64,000 bases of DNA from NCBI GenBank assembly GCA_016707705.1, contig JADJHD010000017.1, forward strand, positions 68,430-132,429, in the 5' to 3' direction. Position numbers and translations under genes: made by a program. The notes beneath the pieces are model-generated. The model had not been told where the DNA came from, did not search any database, and saw nothing but the letters and a program-made list of their open reading frames with translations. Shown here piece after piece: positions 1-9,237 of the stretch (the stretch's first letter is position 1; each line of letters starts with the position of its first letter). The stretch is from Bacteroidales bacterium (GTDB taxonomy: Bacteria > Bacteroidota > Bacteroidia > Bacteroidales > UBA4417).

Positions 1-743
1 GAGAAAATAATTTCTGGGGAATTATTAAAGGAGAACTTGTATTTGACAATACCCGCGATTTAGGGACAAACCTCTATCAGGGTATGCGGTTCAAGGTATT
101 CGGAGAGTTTTACAGGCTTATAGCCACCGACTGGACAAACCTGTCGGTAGTAGGCTTTGATTTCCGCCATTATACAAGGATTCACCGCTCCTTTATCTGG
201 GCTAACCGTTTGGCAGGAAGCACCTCCTTTGGAAAGAGCAAGCTTCTGTATTATCTCGGTGGTATCGACAATTGGCTGATTCCCGGATTTGACACTACCA
301 ATCAGATCGACTACTCACAAAATTATGCTTTCCAGACACTGGCAACCAATATGCGAGGTTTCAAGCAGAATGTGCGCTCCGGTAATTCATTTGCGGTGCT
401 GAATTCAGAGCTCAGGTTCCCGGTGTTTAAATACTTCTTTAACCGTCCGCTGAAATCTGATTTCCTCAATAATTTCCAGATTGTTGGCTTCGGAGATCTT
501 GGCGCAGCATGGAAAGGATTGGATCCTCTTTCGGAAGAAAACACCTTTTTCACAAGAACCATCTACAATCCACCGGTGTATGTTACCGTGAAGGTACAAA
601 AGAGCCCCCTGGTTGCAGGATATGGCTTCGGACTGCGCTCTACCCTGCTTGGGTACTTCCTTCGTGCTGACTGGTCCTGGGGCATCGAGGACAACGTGGT
701 TCAACCCAGACAGTTTTATCTTTCCCTAAGCCTGGATTTCTAA
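1..743 (+). CDS. Omp85/BamA-family (surface antigen D15-type) outer-membrane beta-barrel protein, C-terminal part; 5' end lies outside the window
   Basis: The frame of ORF 84..743 stays open back to base 3, so the listed ATG is probably internal. YYLGG...NMRGF resembles the Omp85 loop-6 (V/I)RG(F/Y) motif. Alternating beta-strand pattern. Ends ...YLSLSLDF with a terminal Phe as in OM barrels. Stop TAA at 741-743. Confidence 0.6.
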   Translation, partial: ENNFWGIIKGELVFDNTRDLGTNLYQGMRFKVFGEFYRLIATDWTNLSVVGFDFRHYTRIHRSFIWANRLAGSTSFGKSKLLYYLGGIDNWLIPGFDTTNQIDYSQNYAFQTLATNMRGFKQNVRSGNSFAVLNSELRFPVFKYFFNRPLKSDFLNNFQIVGFGDLGAAWKGLDPLSEENTFFTRTIYNPPVYVTVKVQKSPLVAGYGFGLRSTLLGYFLRADWSWGIEDNVVQPRQFYLSLSLDF

Positions 744-810
744 GCGGGTCTTGATTTTGAAACTGATTAAAAATATAATTCTGAGGTAAAAAAAGAATTC
801 AGTAGTCAGT

Positions 811-952
811 AGTCATCAGCCGGCTGGCGGACAGAATAGAAAGAATTGAACCTACAGTTAAAAAATTGTTCTGTCTACCCTGACGGAGGGATTCTTGTTC
901 CAGTTTCTGTCTTCTGGATTCTGACTTCTGTCCGCCGGCTGGCGGATGACTT
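811..952. repeat. MITE-like inverted-repeat pair built on the GC hairpin tccgcc-ggct-ggcgga
   Basis: Left arm 811-837 (agtcatcagccggctggcggacagaat) is the near-exact reverse complement of right arm 924-952 (acttctgtccgccggctggcggatgactt). The arms flank about 90 bp of non-coding sequence between two + strand genes. Confidence 0.6.
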
Positions 953-1020
953 CCTTTGGTAATAGCATTTCCATACAATCTCTTAAAATCATCGGTATTC
1001 ACCCAAAAACAAACCCTATC

Positions 1021-1389
1021 ATGAGCATGCAGGAGATAATCATTTTATTATTGATCGGTCTTGCCGCCGGGATTTTCGGCGGAATGGTAGGCCTTGGTGG
1101 TGGAGTAATCATGATTCCCGCCATGATCTATTTCCTTGGTTCCACACAATTGCAGGCGCAGGGAACAAGTCTGGCTGTTATGCTGCCTCCTGTAGGAGTT
1201 TTTGCAGTCATGAACTATTACAAGGCAGGAAACCTCAATTTCAAGTATGCCCTGATCATTGCTATTGCTTTTACCATTGGCGGTTATTTCGGATCCAAGA
1301 TTGCGCTGAATATTCCGGTCTCGGTCGTGAAGAAAATTTTCGGATTTGCTTTGATAGCCATTGCATTGAAAATGATTATCAAGAGCTGA
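1021..1389 (+). CDS. TauE/SafE-family (DUF81) small membrane anion-exporter-like protein, 4-TM half-size form
   Basis: The ORF track begins at 946, but that stretch overlaps the inverted-repeat element. ATG 1021 gives MSMQEIIILLLIGLAAGIFGGMVGLGGGVIMIPAMIYF, whose G-rich first TM is typical of TauE/SafE. Four hydrophobic segments. Confidence 0.6.
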   Translation: MSMQEIIILLLIGLAAGIFGGMVGLGGGVIMIPAMIYFLGSTQLQAQGTSLAVMLPPVGVFAVMNYYKAGNLNFKYALIIAIAFTIGGYFGSKIALNIPVSVVKKIFGFALIAIALKMIIKS

Positions 1390-1429
1390 TTTCAGTTTCA
1401 CAAAAACTTACCTCCCTTAAAAATCCCGA

Positions 1430-1861
1430 ATGCAAGAGATCGATAAGCGCATAACCCGCTTCATACGGAAGCATCATATATTTACCCTGGCAACATCTGC
1501 CGACAACAAGCCTTATGTCTGCACCTGCTTTTATGTATATCTTGAAGACAGAAACTGGTTTGTATTTACTTCGGATCATGAAACCCGCCATATCCGCGAA
1601 TTAACAGCCCAACCCAGCGTTGCAGGAGCAATTGCCCTTGAAACACTTGCTGTAGGAAAAATCCAGGGAATTCAGCTAACGGGAATATCCAGGGAACTGG
1701 AAGGCGAAGAGTATGAGGTAGCACTAAAGGCTTATCTGACAAGGTTTCCTATTGCCCTGCTAAAAAAACTCAATCTTTGGGTTTTGGAGCCGGATTTGCT
1801 AAAAATGACCCATAATCAGCTGGGTTTCGGGACAAAACTGATTTGGAAAAAGGAAGACTGA
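1430..1861 (+). CDS. Pyridoxamine 5'-phosphate oxidase-like FMN-binding split-barrel protein (YhbP/UPF0306-like)
   Basis: 143 aa. N-terminal I(x)RFIRKHHIFTLATSADNKPYVCTCFY pattern and size fit the PNPOx-like/YhbP family. Confidence 0.55.
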   Translation: MQEIDKRITRFIRKHHIFTLATSADNKPYVCTCFYVYLEDRNWFVFTSDHETRHIRELTAQPSVAGAIALETLAVGKIQGIQLTGISRELEGEEYEVALKAYLTRFPIALLKKLNLWVLEPDLLKMTHNQLGFGTKLIWKKED

Positions 1862-2199
1862 AATCCGGAGAAAAAGAGAGCTCTATAAATATTTTCAAAA
1901 GTCGATTTCCTCTTTAAACAAACCCCCTCAATTGCTTGTTTTCATATCAAATTGCGAAAGCCACTATTTGCAGGGTTTCTGAAGCCCTCTGTTATCAAGG
2001 GATGCAATAGTTATTAAGATTTTTATTGTCTGTTTATCAATGGATTAATACTTTCTAAATTCATTATTGTTAATAAAACGTTTTGTTCTTTGGGAGAAGC
2101 TTGTTGTAACTTGGTCAAAAGGTTTGGCGGGCCTCCCGTTGAATAGATTCCTCTGATTTTCAGGTTTTTGACTATCTCTTGTAAAAGAACTCACAGCGA

Positions 2200-4947
2200 A
2201 TGGATAAACTTCTTGATGCAAATCTATTTTCATTGATCGATTCCACACTGGAAGAAGATGCGAAAAATGGTTTTTACAACAAAGTATTGGAGAACAGGCA
2301 GCGTCCTGAGTTTCTCGAAGAGCCGGAAATCAAACCAATTGAAATTCATCAAGAAAAGATAGAATTACAACCTAAAATGCAAAATACACAAGATACAGTC
2401 AAAGTAGAAAAGACCACGCTAAAGGCTTACTCACATGAGGAAGTTTTAGCGGCAGCAACGGAGTACTTCAAGGGTGACACCCTGGCAGCAAGTGTCTGGA
2501 TGAATAAGTACGCCCTGAAGGATAGCGACGGTAATGTTTATGAATTGACCCCTGATGATATGCACCGTCGTCTGGCAAGAGAAGTAGCACGCATCGAACG
2601 CAAATATGTTAATCCGCTATCTGAAGACGAGATTTTTGAACTCTTCAGGGATTTCCGCTATATCATTCCCCAGGGTAGTCCAATGGCCGGCATCGGCAAT
2701 GATTTCCAGGTTTCCTCCCTTTCGAATTGCTTCGTAATCGGTGGAGATTCAAATCAGGATTCATACGGCGCCATCATGAAAGTTGATGAAGAACAGGTAC
2801 AGCTGATGAAACGCCGTGGTGGTGTTGGTCACGACCTTTCACACATCCGTCCATCAGGCTCTCCGGTAAAGAACTCAGCTCTCACCTCCACCGGTATCGT
2901 TCCTTTCATGGAAAGATACAGCAACTCCACCCGTGAGGTTGCCCAGGATGGTCGCAGGGGAGCCCTGATGCTTTCCATCTCCATCAAGCATCCTGATTCC
3001 GAAAACTTCATTGATGCCAAGATGGTGCAGGGTAAAGTTACCGGCGCCAATGTTTCTGTGAAGATCGATGATGAATTCATGATGGCAATAAAGGAAAACA
3101 AACCTTATCGCCAGCAATATCCAATTGATTCAAAGAACCCGGTGAAAGTGCAGGATATTGATCCACGCAAACTCTGGGATAAAATCATTCATAATGCATG
3201 GCAGTCTGCCGAGCCGGGTGTTCTCTTCTGGGATACCATTATCCGCGAAGCTGTTCCTGATTGCTATGCTGATCTGGGCTTCAAAACCCAATCCACAAAC
3301 CCTTGCGGTGAAATTCCACTCTGTCCTTACGACAGCTGCCGCCTCCTTGCTCTGAACCTCTACAGCTACGTAGAAAATCCATTTACTCCACGCGCTTCCT
3401 TCAATGCTGAACTTTTTTCAAAGCATTCAAGGTATGCACTGCGTATCATGGACGATATCATCGATCTCGAAATGGAAAAACTTGAGGGTATACTCTCCAA
3501 GGTAAATTCAGATCCGGAAGAATCAGAAATCAAACGCACTGAACAGCAACTCTGGGAAAAAATCAAGGAAAAAACCCTGCAGGGTCGTCGTACCGGTATT
3601 GGTATTACCGCTGAAGGTGATATGCTTGCCGCTCTTGGCCTTCGCTATGGCACTCCTGATGCTACCAATTTCAGCGTTAATGTTCACAGAAACCTGGCAA
3701 TCGACGCATACGGTTCCTCTGTTGACCTTGCAGCTGAACGCGGAGCTTTCCCGATTTTCGATATCGAAAGGGAAAGAAACAATCCGTTCATCAACCGCAT
3801 TCGTGAAGCTGCTCCTGAAGTTTATGAGAAAATGGAACAGTACGGCCGCAGGAATATCAGCATGCTTACTATCGCCCCAACTGGCAGTGTAAGTATCTGT
3901 ACTCAAACATCCTCCGGAATTGAGCCTGTTTTCATGGTTAGCTACAAGCGCCGCAGGAAAGTGAATCCCAACGACAGGAATGTAAACGTTACCTTCGTTG
4001 ATGAAGTTAATGATTCATGGGAAGAATATAATGTTTTCCACCCAAAATTCTTCGACTGGATGAGAGTTAACGGCTATGATGTTGATGCAGCCAACTCCTA
4101 TTCCGATGAGGAACTGAACGCCATTATCGAAAAATCACCTTACTTCAAGGCTACTTCCAACGATATCGACTGGGTTGCCAAAGTAAGCATGCAGGGCGCA
4201 ATCCAGAAATGGGTTGACCATAGTATCAGCGTTACCGTAAACCTTCCCTCAGATGTAAATGAAGAGCTTGTTAGCGATGTTTACCGAACTGCATGGGAAA
4301 GTGGCTGCAAGGGTATGACCATTTACCGCGATGGTTCCCGTTCAGGTGTACTCGTTAGCAACGAGCCAAAAGTTACCACTGAAGAAGCTACCGAATTCAA
4401 GGAAACCAAAGCTCCTCCGCGCCCTGATGTACTTGAAGCCGATGTTGTTCGTTTCACAAACGAAAGTGAAAAATGGATTGCCGTTATCGGATTGCTCAAT
4501 AACAAGCCTTATGAAATCTTTACCGGAAAAAGTGAGGATTTCTTCCTGCCCGAATGGGTGGAAAAAGGATGGGTTATCCGCCAGAAACGTGATGGAGACC
4601 GCACACTATATAATTTCCGCTACCAGGATCGTCAGGGCTACAAGGTGACATACGAAGGTTTGTCACGCACTTTTGAAAAAGAATACTGGAACTACGCCAA
4701 GCTGATCTCAGGAATCCTTCGTCATGGCATGCCTTTGCCATACGTAGTAAGCCTGATTGAAAACCTCACCTTCGACAGGGACTATATCACTACCTGGAAG
4801 AACGGTGTAATCCGCACACTTTCACGCTATATCAAGGAAGAACAGGAAACCGGCGAAAGTTGCCCGAAATGCAGTACAATTAATTCTCTTTACCGTAAGG
4901 AAGGTTGTATCTATTGCAAGAATTGCGATTATTCCAAATGTGGTTAA
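2200..4947 (+). CDS. nrdJ: Class II (adenosylcobalamin-dependent) ribonucleotide reductase
   Basis: 915-aa ORF with RNR hallmarks SNCFVIG, NPCGEIPL and TIAPTGS plus a C-terminal Cys-rich zinc-ribbon tail (CPKC...CIYCKNC). No beta-subunit gene is adjacent. The start is ambiguous: ATG 2200, or ATG 2377 (MQNTQDTVKV...AYSHEEVLAAATEYFKGD), which looks more like a typical N-terminus. Confidence 0.9.
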   Translation: MDKLLDANLFSLIDSTLEEDAKNGFYNKVLENRQRPEFLEEPEIKPIEIHQEKIELQPKMQNTQDTVKVEKTTLKAYSHEEVLAAATEYFKGDTLAASVWMNKYALKDSDGNVYELTPDDMHRRLAREVARIERKYVNPLSEDEIFELFRDFRYIIPQGSPMAGIGNDFQVSSLSNCFVIGGDSNQDSYGAIMKVDEEQVQLMKRRGGVGHDLSHIRPSGSPVKNSALTSTGIVPFMERYSNSTREVAQDGRRGALMLSISIKHPDSENFIDAKMVQGKVTGANVSVKIDDEFMMAIKENKPYRQQYPIDSKNPVKVQDIDPRKLWDKIIHNAWQSAEPGVLFWDTIIREAVPDCYADLGFKTQSTNPCGEIPLCPYDSCRLLALNLYSYVENPFTPRASFNAELFSKHSRYALRIMDDIIDLEMEKLEGILSKVNSDPEESEIKRTEQQLWEKIKEKTLQGRRTGIGITAEGDMLAALGLRYGTPDATNFSVNVHRNLAIDAYGSSVDLAAERGAFPIFDIERERNNPFINRIREAAPEVYEKMEQYGRRNISMLTIAPTGSVSICTQTSSGIEPVFMVSYKRRRKVNPNDRNVNVTFVDEVNDSWEEYNVFHPKFFDWMRVNGYDVDAANSYSDEELNAIIEKSPYFKATSNDIDWVAKVSMQGAIQKWVDHSISVTVNLPSDVNEELVSDVYRTAWESGCKGMTIYRDGSRSGVLVSNEPKVTTEEATEFKETKAPPRPDVLEADVVRFTNESEKWIAVIGLLNNKPYEIFTGKSEDFFLPEWVEKGWVIRQKRDGDRTLYNFRYQDRQGYKVTYEGLSRTFEKEYWNYAKLISGILRHGMPLPYVVSLIENLTFDRDYITTWKNGVIRTLSRYIKEEQETGESCPKCSTINSLYRKEGCIYCKNCDYSKCG

Positions 4948-5003
4948 GATATCAGGACAAGCATTCCTGGTGATTATCTGAGAACATGCTTACTTCTGCC
5001 TAA

Positions 5004-5033
5004 AACCCCATGATCGGTAACGATTGTGGGGTT
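5004..5033 (+). terminator. Possible intrinsic terminator downstream of nrdJ
   Basis: Imperfect hairpin aaccccatgatcg-gtaa-cgattgtggggtt followed by gttcattt. There are two mismatches in the stem and the T-tract is weak. Confidence 0.35.
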
Positions 5034-5080
5034 GTTCATTTAAAGACAAAAGTAAAAAGACAAAAGATAAAAAATGTGGA

Positions 5081-5246
5081 GATGTGAGGATGCGCAGCGA
5101 AGCGAAGTCCCGTCACGTAGAGTTTAGCTAAAGGGCTAATGTTTGAAGTGACGGGATGAGGATGTGGAGATGCGCAGCGAAGCGAAGTCCCGTCACGTAG
5201 AGTTTAGCTAAAGGGCTAATGTTTGAAGTGACGGGATGAGGATGTG
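5081..5246. repeat. Tandem duplication (2 x 80 bp) of a unit with nested hairpins
   Basis: tgcgcagcgaagcgaagtcccgtcacgtagagtttagctaaagggctaatgtttgaagtgacgggatgaggatgtg occurs at 5091 and again at 5171. Each copy has an outer stem tcccgtcac/gtgacggga (5108-5116 / 5148-5156 in copy 1) and an inner stem ttagc/gctaa. Confidence 0.9.
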
Positions 5247-5458
5247 ATAATTTGAAAATTTGAAAATGATAATTGTGGAAATGTGTCCGATGGTGGGAAG
5301 ATGGGAATGAAAGGGAATTTTACAATTACTTAATCAGTGATAATCTGTTTCATCTGTCCGCCGGCTGGCGGATCTGTGTTCTAATAATTGCTACTTGCTA
5401 AATTATTGAACCACTAAGGCACTTATCTACTGAGTCAGGCACAAAGAGATACTGCACA

Positions 5459-5487
5459 CCCCGAACTTCGAACCCCGAACCCCAAAC
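5459..5487. repeat. CA-rich ccgaac-type block next to the stop codon of a minus-strand gene
   Basis: ccccgaacttcgaaccccgaaccccaaac lies 4 nt from the 3' end of ORF 5492..5890. Related blocks occur at 14328-14380 and 18324-18387. Confidence 0.7.
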
Positions 5488-5491
5488 ATTT

Positions 5492-5890
5492 TCAAAAATG
5501 CAGCTTGTGGTAGTCAAAAGTCTTGTTTTCACGGTAGCTATGGACCTTGGCAGCAATGACCAGGAAAATTTTCAGGTCGTTTTTCTCGAACCAGTTGATG
5601 GCCTCAGGCTTGCGATTGCAGGCATCAGAAAGTAAAGCCAGAATTTTGAAATCATTAGCCACCAGCCAGTTGTAGGCTTCCACCTTGCCATCAATCGCCT
5701 GGTCCAAGGCTGCATATTGTGGGTAACCATTCCGCATCAGCCAAACGAACGCCTGCTCACTGCCACAGATTGCACTCGACAAAGCTGCAAGCTCAGGGTA
5801 GCCGTTGGCCAGCAACCAATTAAGAATCTCGGTATTTCCGGAAAGCGTTTCAGCAAACGCGATTAAAATTTTCGGTGGATAGTCAAGCAT
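5492..5890 (-). CDS. Hypothetical protein with internal ~32-aa repeats
   Basis: 132-aa ORF. The motif A-x2-WL-x2-NGYP-x2-AAL recurs 3-4 times (ILNWLLANGYPELAAL, FVWLMRNGYPQYAAL, AYNWLVANDFKILALL, AINWFEKNDLKIF). No family recognised. Confidence 0.5.
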   Translation of the reverse strand: MLDYPPKILIAFAETLSGNTEILNWLLANGYPELAALSSAICGSEQAFVWLMRNGYPQYAALDQAIDGKVEAYNWLVANDFKILALLSDACNRKPEAINWFEKNDLKIFLVIAAKVHSYRENKTFDYHKLHF

Positions 5891-5970
5891 GATGAACGGA
5901 AAGGGTATACTAAAGATACAACGAAACTTCCACTGGAATCAATATTCCAACATCAAAAAAGCGGGTTCTA

Positions 5971-6747
5971 TTAAAAAACCTGTGCCGGAATCCCTAGTGC
6001 AATCACCTGATCAGCAATACTCTGCAACTCTTCCTGACTCACCTTTTCAAGAGTGGCGTAAGGAGTTAACCTGTCAATAGGATAAAGCATTACGTTCTTC
6101 GGCTTAATCCTGACAAGGAGCTTAAGCCAGGCAGCTACCTCCTCCGGAACGGTGTTGTCAACAGCTTTTTCTGCAATCATTCCTCTCAGGAAGAGTGTCT
6201 GGATAATCAGATTGCCCTCGAATTCAACGAGACGATCTACAACTTCCTCCAGACTGATATGGTTCACCGGACGATTTATAGCCTGGAAAGTCTCATTGGT
6301 GCCTGCATCCAGCTTCAGGACGTTATTATCGGCTTTAAGAAGGGCATCCTTCACCTTTGCTCGGTTCAAAAGGGTGGCATTGGAAAGGACAGTAATCTGG
6401 GCATTGGGAAAATACTTATCCCTGAGGACAATCACTCCGTCAATAATGCTTTCAAAATCAGGATGCATGGTAGGTTCACCATTGCCGGCAAAAGTGATGG
6501 CATCAGGAATAACGTTATTGGATTTTAAGCCCTGGAGACGGCTTTCAAGCGCAGTAAGTATCTGTTCCAGTTTATAAAGCCCGGGCTTGCTCCCCTTTTC
6601 ATGACCTGTAAGTCCGCATTCACAGTAAATGCAGTCAAAAGAACAGAGTTTCGAGGTCAGTGGCAGTAGATTGATTCCCAAGGAAATGCCAAACCTGCGG
6701 CTCTTTACCGGGCCGAAAATAATCTCATCAAACAGACTTCCTGACAT
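5971..6747 (-). CDS. Radical SAM protein
   Basis: CSFDCIYCECG contains the CxxxCxxC radical-SAM cluster motif. The N-terminus reads FGPVKSRRFGISLGINLLP. ATG 6747 is preferred over 6789 because a minus-strand TACCTTTG -7 motif (6764-6771) lies between the two candidate starts. Confidence 0.8.
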   Translation of the reverse strand: MSGSLFDEIIFGPVKSRRFGISLGINLLPLTSKLCSFDCIYCECGLTGHEKGSKPGLYKLEQILTALESRLQGLKSNNVIPDAITFAGNGEPTMHPDFESIIDGVIVLRDKYFPNAQITVLSNATLLNRAKVKDALLKADNNVLKLDAGTNETFQAINRPVNHISLEEVVDRLVEFEGNLIIQTLFLRGMIAEKAVDNTVPEEVAAWLKLLVRIKPKNVMLYPIDRLTPYATLEKVSQEELQSIADQVIALGIPAQVF

Positions 6748-6763
6748 ATTAGCAATTTTGCTG

Positions 6764-6771
6764 CAAAGGTA
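6764..6771 (-). promoter_or_regulatory. Bacteroidota-type -7 promoter motif (TAnnTTTG) for the radical SAM gene
   Basis: + strand caaaggta = minus-strand TACCTTTG, 17 nt upstream of ATG 6747. Confidence 0.45.
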
Positions 6772-6860
6772 ATTCTTTCTGAGCCCCAACTCAGTTGAAA
6801 ACTGCTTCGAGGTTAATCTGTCTCAGATGAAAGGAAATCTTCATTAATCCTAAAAATGTT

Positions 6861-6868
6861 TATTTTTG
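6861..6868 (+). promoter_or_regulatory. Bacteroidota-type -7 promoter motif (TAnnTTTG) for the polyprenyl synthase gene
   Basis: tatttttg lies 19 nt upstream of ATG 6887. It is divergent from the radical SAM promoter. Confidence 0.45.
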
Positions 6869-6886
6869 AAATGTAAAATCCTTTGA

Positions 6887-7861
6887 ATGATTACCCTTGA
6901 TCAGATAAAAGCCCCGATAGCCCCCCATATCGAAGAATTTGAGAAGCATTTCCGGAGTTCGATGAAAAGCCCGGTACCCTTGCTCGATACCATCACACGC
7001 TATATCATCAAACGGAAAGGAAAGCAAATGCGGCCTATGTTCGTATTCCTTTCTGCCAAGGTGTGCGGTGAAGTCAGCGAAAGCACCTTCAGGGCTGCTT
7101 CGCTTATTGAACTGCTTCATACGGCAACCCTCATCCATGATGATGTAGTTGATGATTCCAACGAGCGCAGAGGTTTCTTCTCCCTGAATGCCCTCTGGAA
7201 AAACAAGATTGCTGTCCTGGTTGGAGATTTCCTCCTCTCCAAGGGCTTGCTTCTCGCACTCGAACATGATGAATTCCAGCTTCTTAAGATTGTTTCCAAT
7301 GCCACCCGTGAAATGAGCGAAGGAGAGCTGCTCCAGATAGAAAAAGCCCGCAAACTGGATATTGAAGAATCCATCTATTTCGAGATTATCAGAAAAAAGA
7401 CTGCTTCCCTTATCGCTTCCTGCTGCGCCAGTGGAGCCAAATCAGTGAATGCATCAGAAGAGATGATACAGAAAATGCATCAGTTTGGAGAATATGTGGG
7501 CATTGCATTCCAGATCAAGGATGACCTATTCGATTATGAGAAGAACCTTGACACCGGCAAGCCCAATGGCATAGATATCAAGGAGAAAAAGATGACCCTT
7601 CCGCTCATCTATATGCTGAATAATTCTACCTGGATTGAGAAACGCCGGGCAATGAATATTGTCAAGAACCACAATAACGAGCCTGAAAAGGTTGCCGAAC
7701 TGATACAAAAGGTAAACGAAAGCAAGGGAATTGAATATGCTGTCCAAAAAATGAAGGAATATCAGTCCAAGGCATTCGATCTGCTCAACACCTTCCCCGA
7801 AAGTCCTTCCCGCTGCTCACTGGAACAGCTTGTAATTTTTACCACTGAACGCAAACATTAA
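6887..7861 (+). CDS. Polyprenyl diphosphate synthase (trans-isoprenyl diphosphate synthase family, IspB-like)
   Basis: 324 aa. First Asp-rich motif LIHDDVVDDSNERRG and second Asp-rich motif FQIKDDLFDY. Confidence 0.9.
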   Translation: MITLDQIKAPIAPHIEEFEKHFRSSMKSPVPLLDTITRYIIKRKGKQMRPMFVFLSAKVCGEVSESTFRAASLIELLHTATLIHDDVVDDSNERRGFFSLNALWKNKIAVLVGDFLLSKGLLLALEHDEFQLLKIVSNATREMSEGELLQIEKARKLDIEESIYFEIIRKKTASLIASCCASGAKSVNASEEMIQKMHQFGEYVGIAFQIKDDLFDYEKNLDTGKPNGIDIKEKKMTLPLIYMLNNSTWIEKRRAMNIVKNHNNEPEKVAELIQKVNESKGIEYAVQKMKEYQSKAFDLLNTFPESPSRCSLEQLVIFTTERKH

Positions 7862-8049
7862 TTTCTGTTTCCTTTCTCTTGAATGGGATAATGAGTTTCC
7901 CGGAAAAATTTTCCTGTCCATCGATTTCTTAAATACCAGATACGAATTCCTGAAAAATTCCGTTTGAAGGTTGCTGTTCAAATGACAAAGCCTGCCAATT
8001 TTTGGCTATAGCAACCTGAGAACCACCTCAAACGCAAACATCTCCCAAT

Positions 8050-9162
8050 ATGAATCACGCCCCGCGAACGGCTTTCATTTTCTTCATCCTTCTCTTTGTC
8101 CTTTCACAGCCTGTGTTTTCGCAAACTACCACCGAATACTATGCTAATGGCAGGAAAAAAGCCCAGGGTATGCTGGTAAACGGGACTAAGGAAGGCTTGT
8201 GGTATGCATTCGATACTGCAGGAATCAAGAATGAGGAGCACACCTATGTCAAGGGTGTCCTTGAAGGAAAGGTTACCCGCTGGCATAAAAATGGGAAAAA
8301 GGAGTTTGAAGGAACTTTTGTCCATGGGAAACTCAACGGACTGGGTTACTGGTGGACTCCTGATGGTAAACCCGATATGAACGGCAAACTGATTGAAGAT
8401 CTTCAGGATAGCATCTGGTGCTTTTATCATCCTACCGGCAAACCCGGAAGCATAGGAAGTTTTGTCTCGGGAAAACAGAACGGAAGCTGGACTTACTTCT
8501 ATGATACCGGAGAGAAGTGGAAAACAGGATCATTTACCGATGGAAAGAAAAGCGGAAAATGGGTTTTTTACTATACTGACGGGAAAATCCATCATATCGG
8601 GGAATACAGGAATGAAAAGGAAGAAGGCTGCTGGGTGAGCTGGTTTCAGAACGGACAGGTCAAGGACTCAGGCAACTACGACAGCGGCCGCATGGTAAAC
8701 ACCTGGAAAGGCTGGTTTGAGAGTGGAATGAGGCAATACATTGCCAACTATCTTCTCGGCAAGAAGGAAGGGCTCTATCAGTCCTGGTATGAAAATGGGA
8801 ACCGGAAATCGGAAGGAAGCTATGCTGCTGATCTCAAGAACGGCAAATGGACGGAATGGTATGAATCAGGAAAGATGAGTGAAACTGGTTCCTGGATCAA
8901 TGGCAGCAGGGATGGATACTGGGTTTATTTTGACCCGGACGGACAAAAAATAAGGGAGGAAGCTTTTAAGATGGGCAGGCAAAATGGCAAATGGGTCTCC
9001 TACTATGCCAATGGAAGTGAACAGGGCGAAGGATTCTATATCGACCAGGCCAAAGATGGAATATGGCAGTACTGGGATGAACAGGGCAAACTGGTGTACA
9101 GGGCTGAATTCAAGCTTGGACAAAAAATCAAGGAAAAACGATACGGCGACGCTAAGGAATAA
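8050..9162 (+). CDS. Secreted MORN-variant / YwqK-like repeat protein
   Basis: Signal peptide MNHAPRTAFIFFILLFVLSQPVFSQ. About 14 consecutive ~23-aa repeats of the form G-x-K-x-G-x-W-x2-(W/Y)-x3-G. Confidence 0.65.
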   Translation: MNHAPRTAFIFFILLFVLSQPVFSQTTTEYYANGRKKAQGMLVNGTKEGLWYAFDTAGIKNEEHTYVKGVLEGKVTRWHKNGKKEFEGTFVHGKLNGLGYWWTPDGKPDMNGKLIEDLQDSIWCFYHPTGKPGSIGSFVSGKQNGSWTYFYDTGEKWKTGSFTDGKKSGKWVFYYTDGKIHHIGEYRNEKEEGCWVSWFQNGQVKDSGNYDSGRMVNTWKGWFESGMRQYIANYLLGKKEGLYQSWYENGNRKSEGSYAADLKNGKWTEWYESGKMSETGSWINGSRDGYWVYFDPDGQKIREEAFKMGRQNGKWVSYYANGSEQGEGFYIDQAKDGIWQYWDEQGKLVYRAEFKLGQKIKEKRYGDAKE

Positions 9163-9237
9163 TCTCTACTCTTCTACTTACGTTTAATATTCCGGACATA
9201 GTTTGCCCGGCTTGTCTAACTTTTCAAAACTCCGAAA

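Noticed and set aside
946-1020. Upstream start (ATG 946) for the TauE-like gene
   Set aside because: The extra 25 codons overlap the right arm of the inverted-repeat element and encode no hydrophobic or conserved segment. ATG 1021 begins directly at the first TM helix.
1862-2199. Cobalamin riboswitch or other leader element upstream of the B12-dependent nrdJ (agccactatttgc resembles part of a B12 box)
   Set aside because: Only a short partial match is present, and none of the other conserved riboswitch blocks could be seen. B12 riboswitches usually control B12-independent isozymes or transport genes, not nrdJ. An Rfam scan would be needed to revisit this.
6860-7267. ORF 6860..7267(-), 135 aa
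   Set aside because: It is antisense to the well-supported polyprenyl synthase gene and has no recognisable features.
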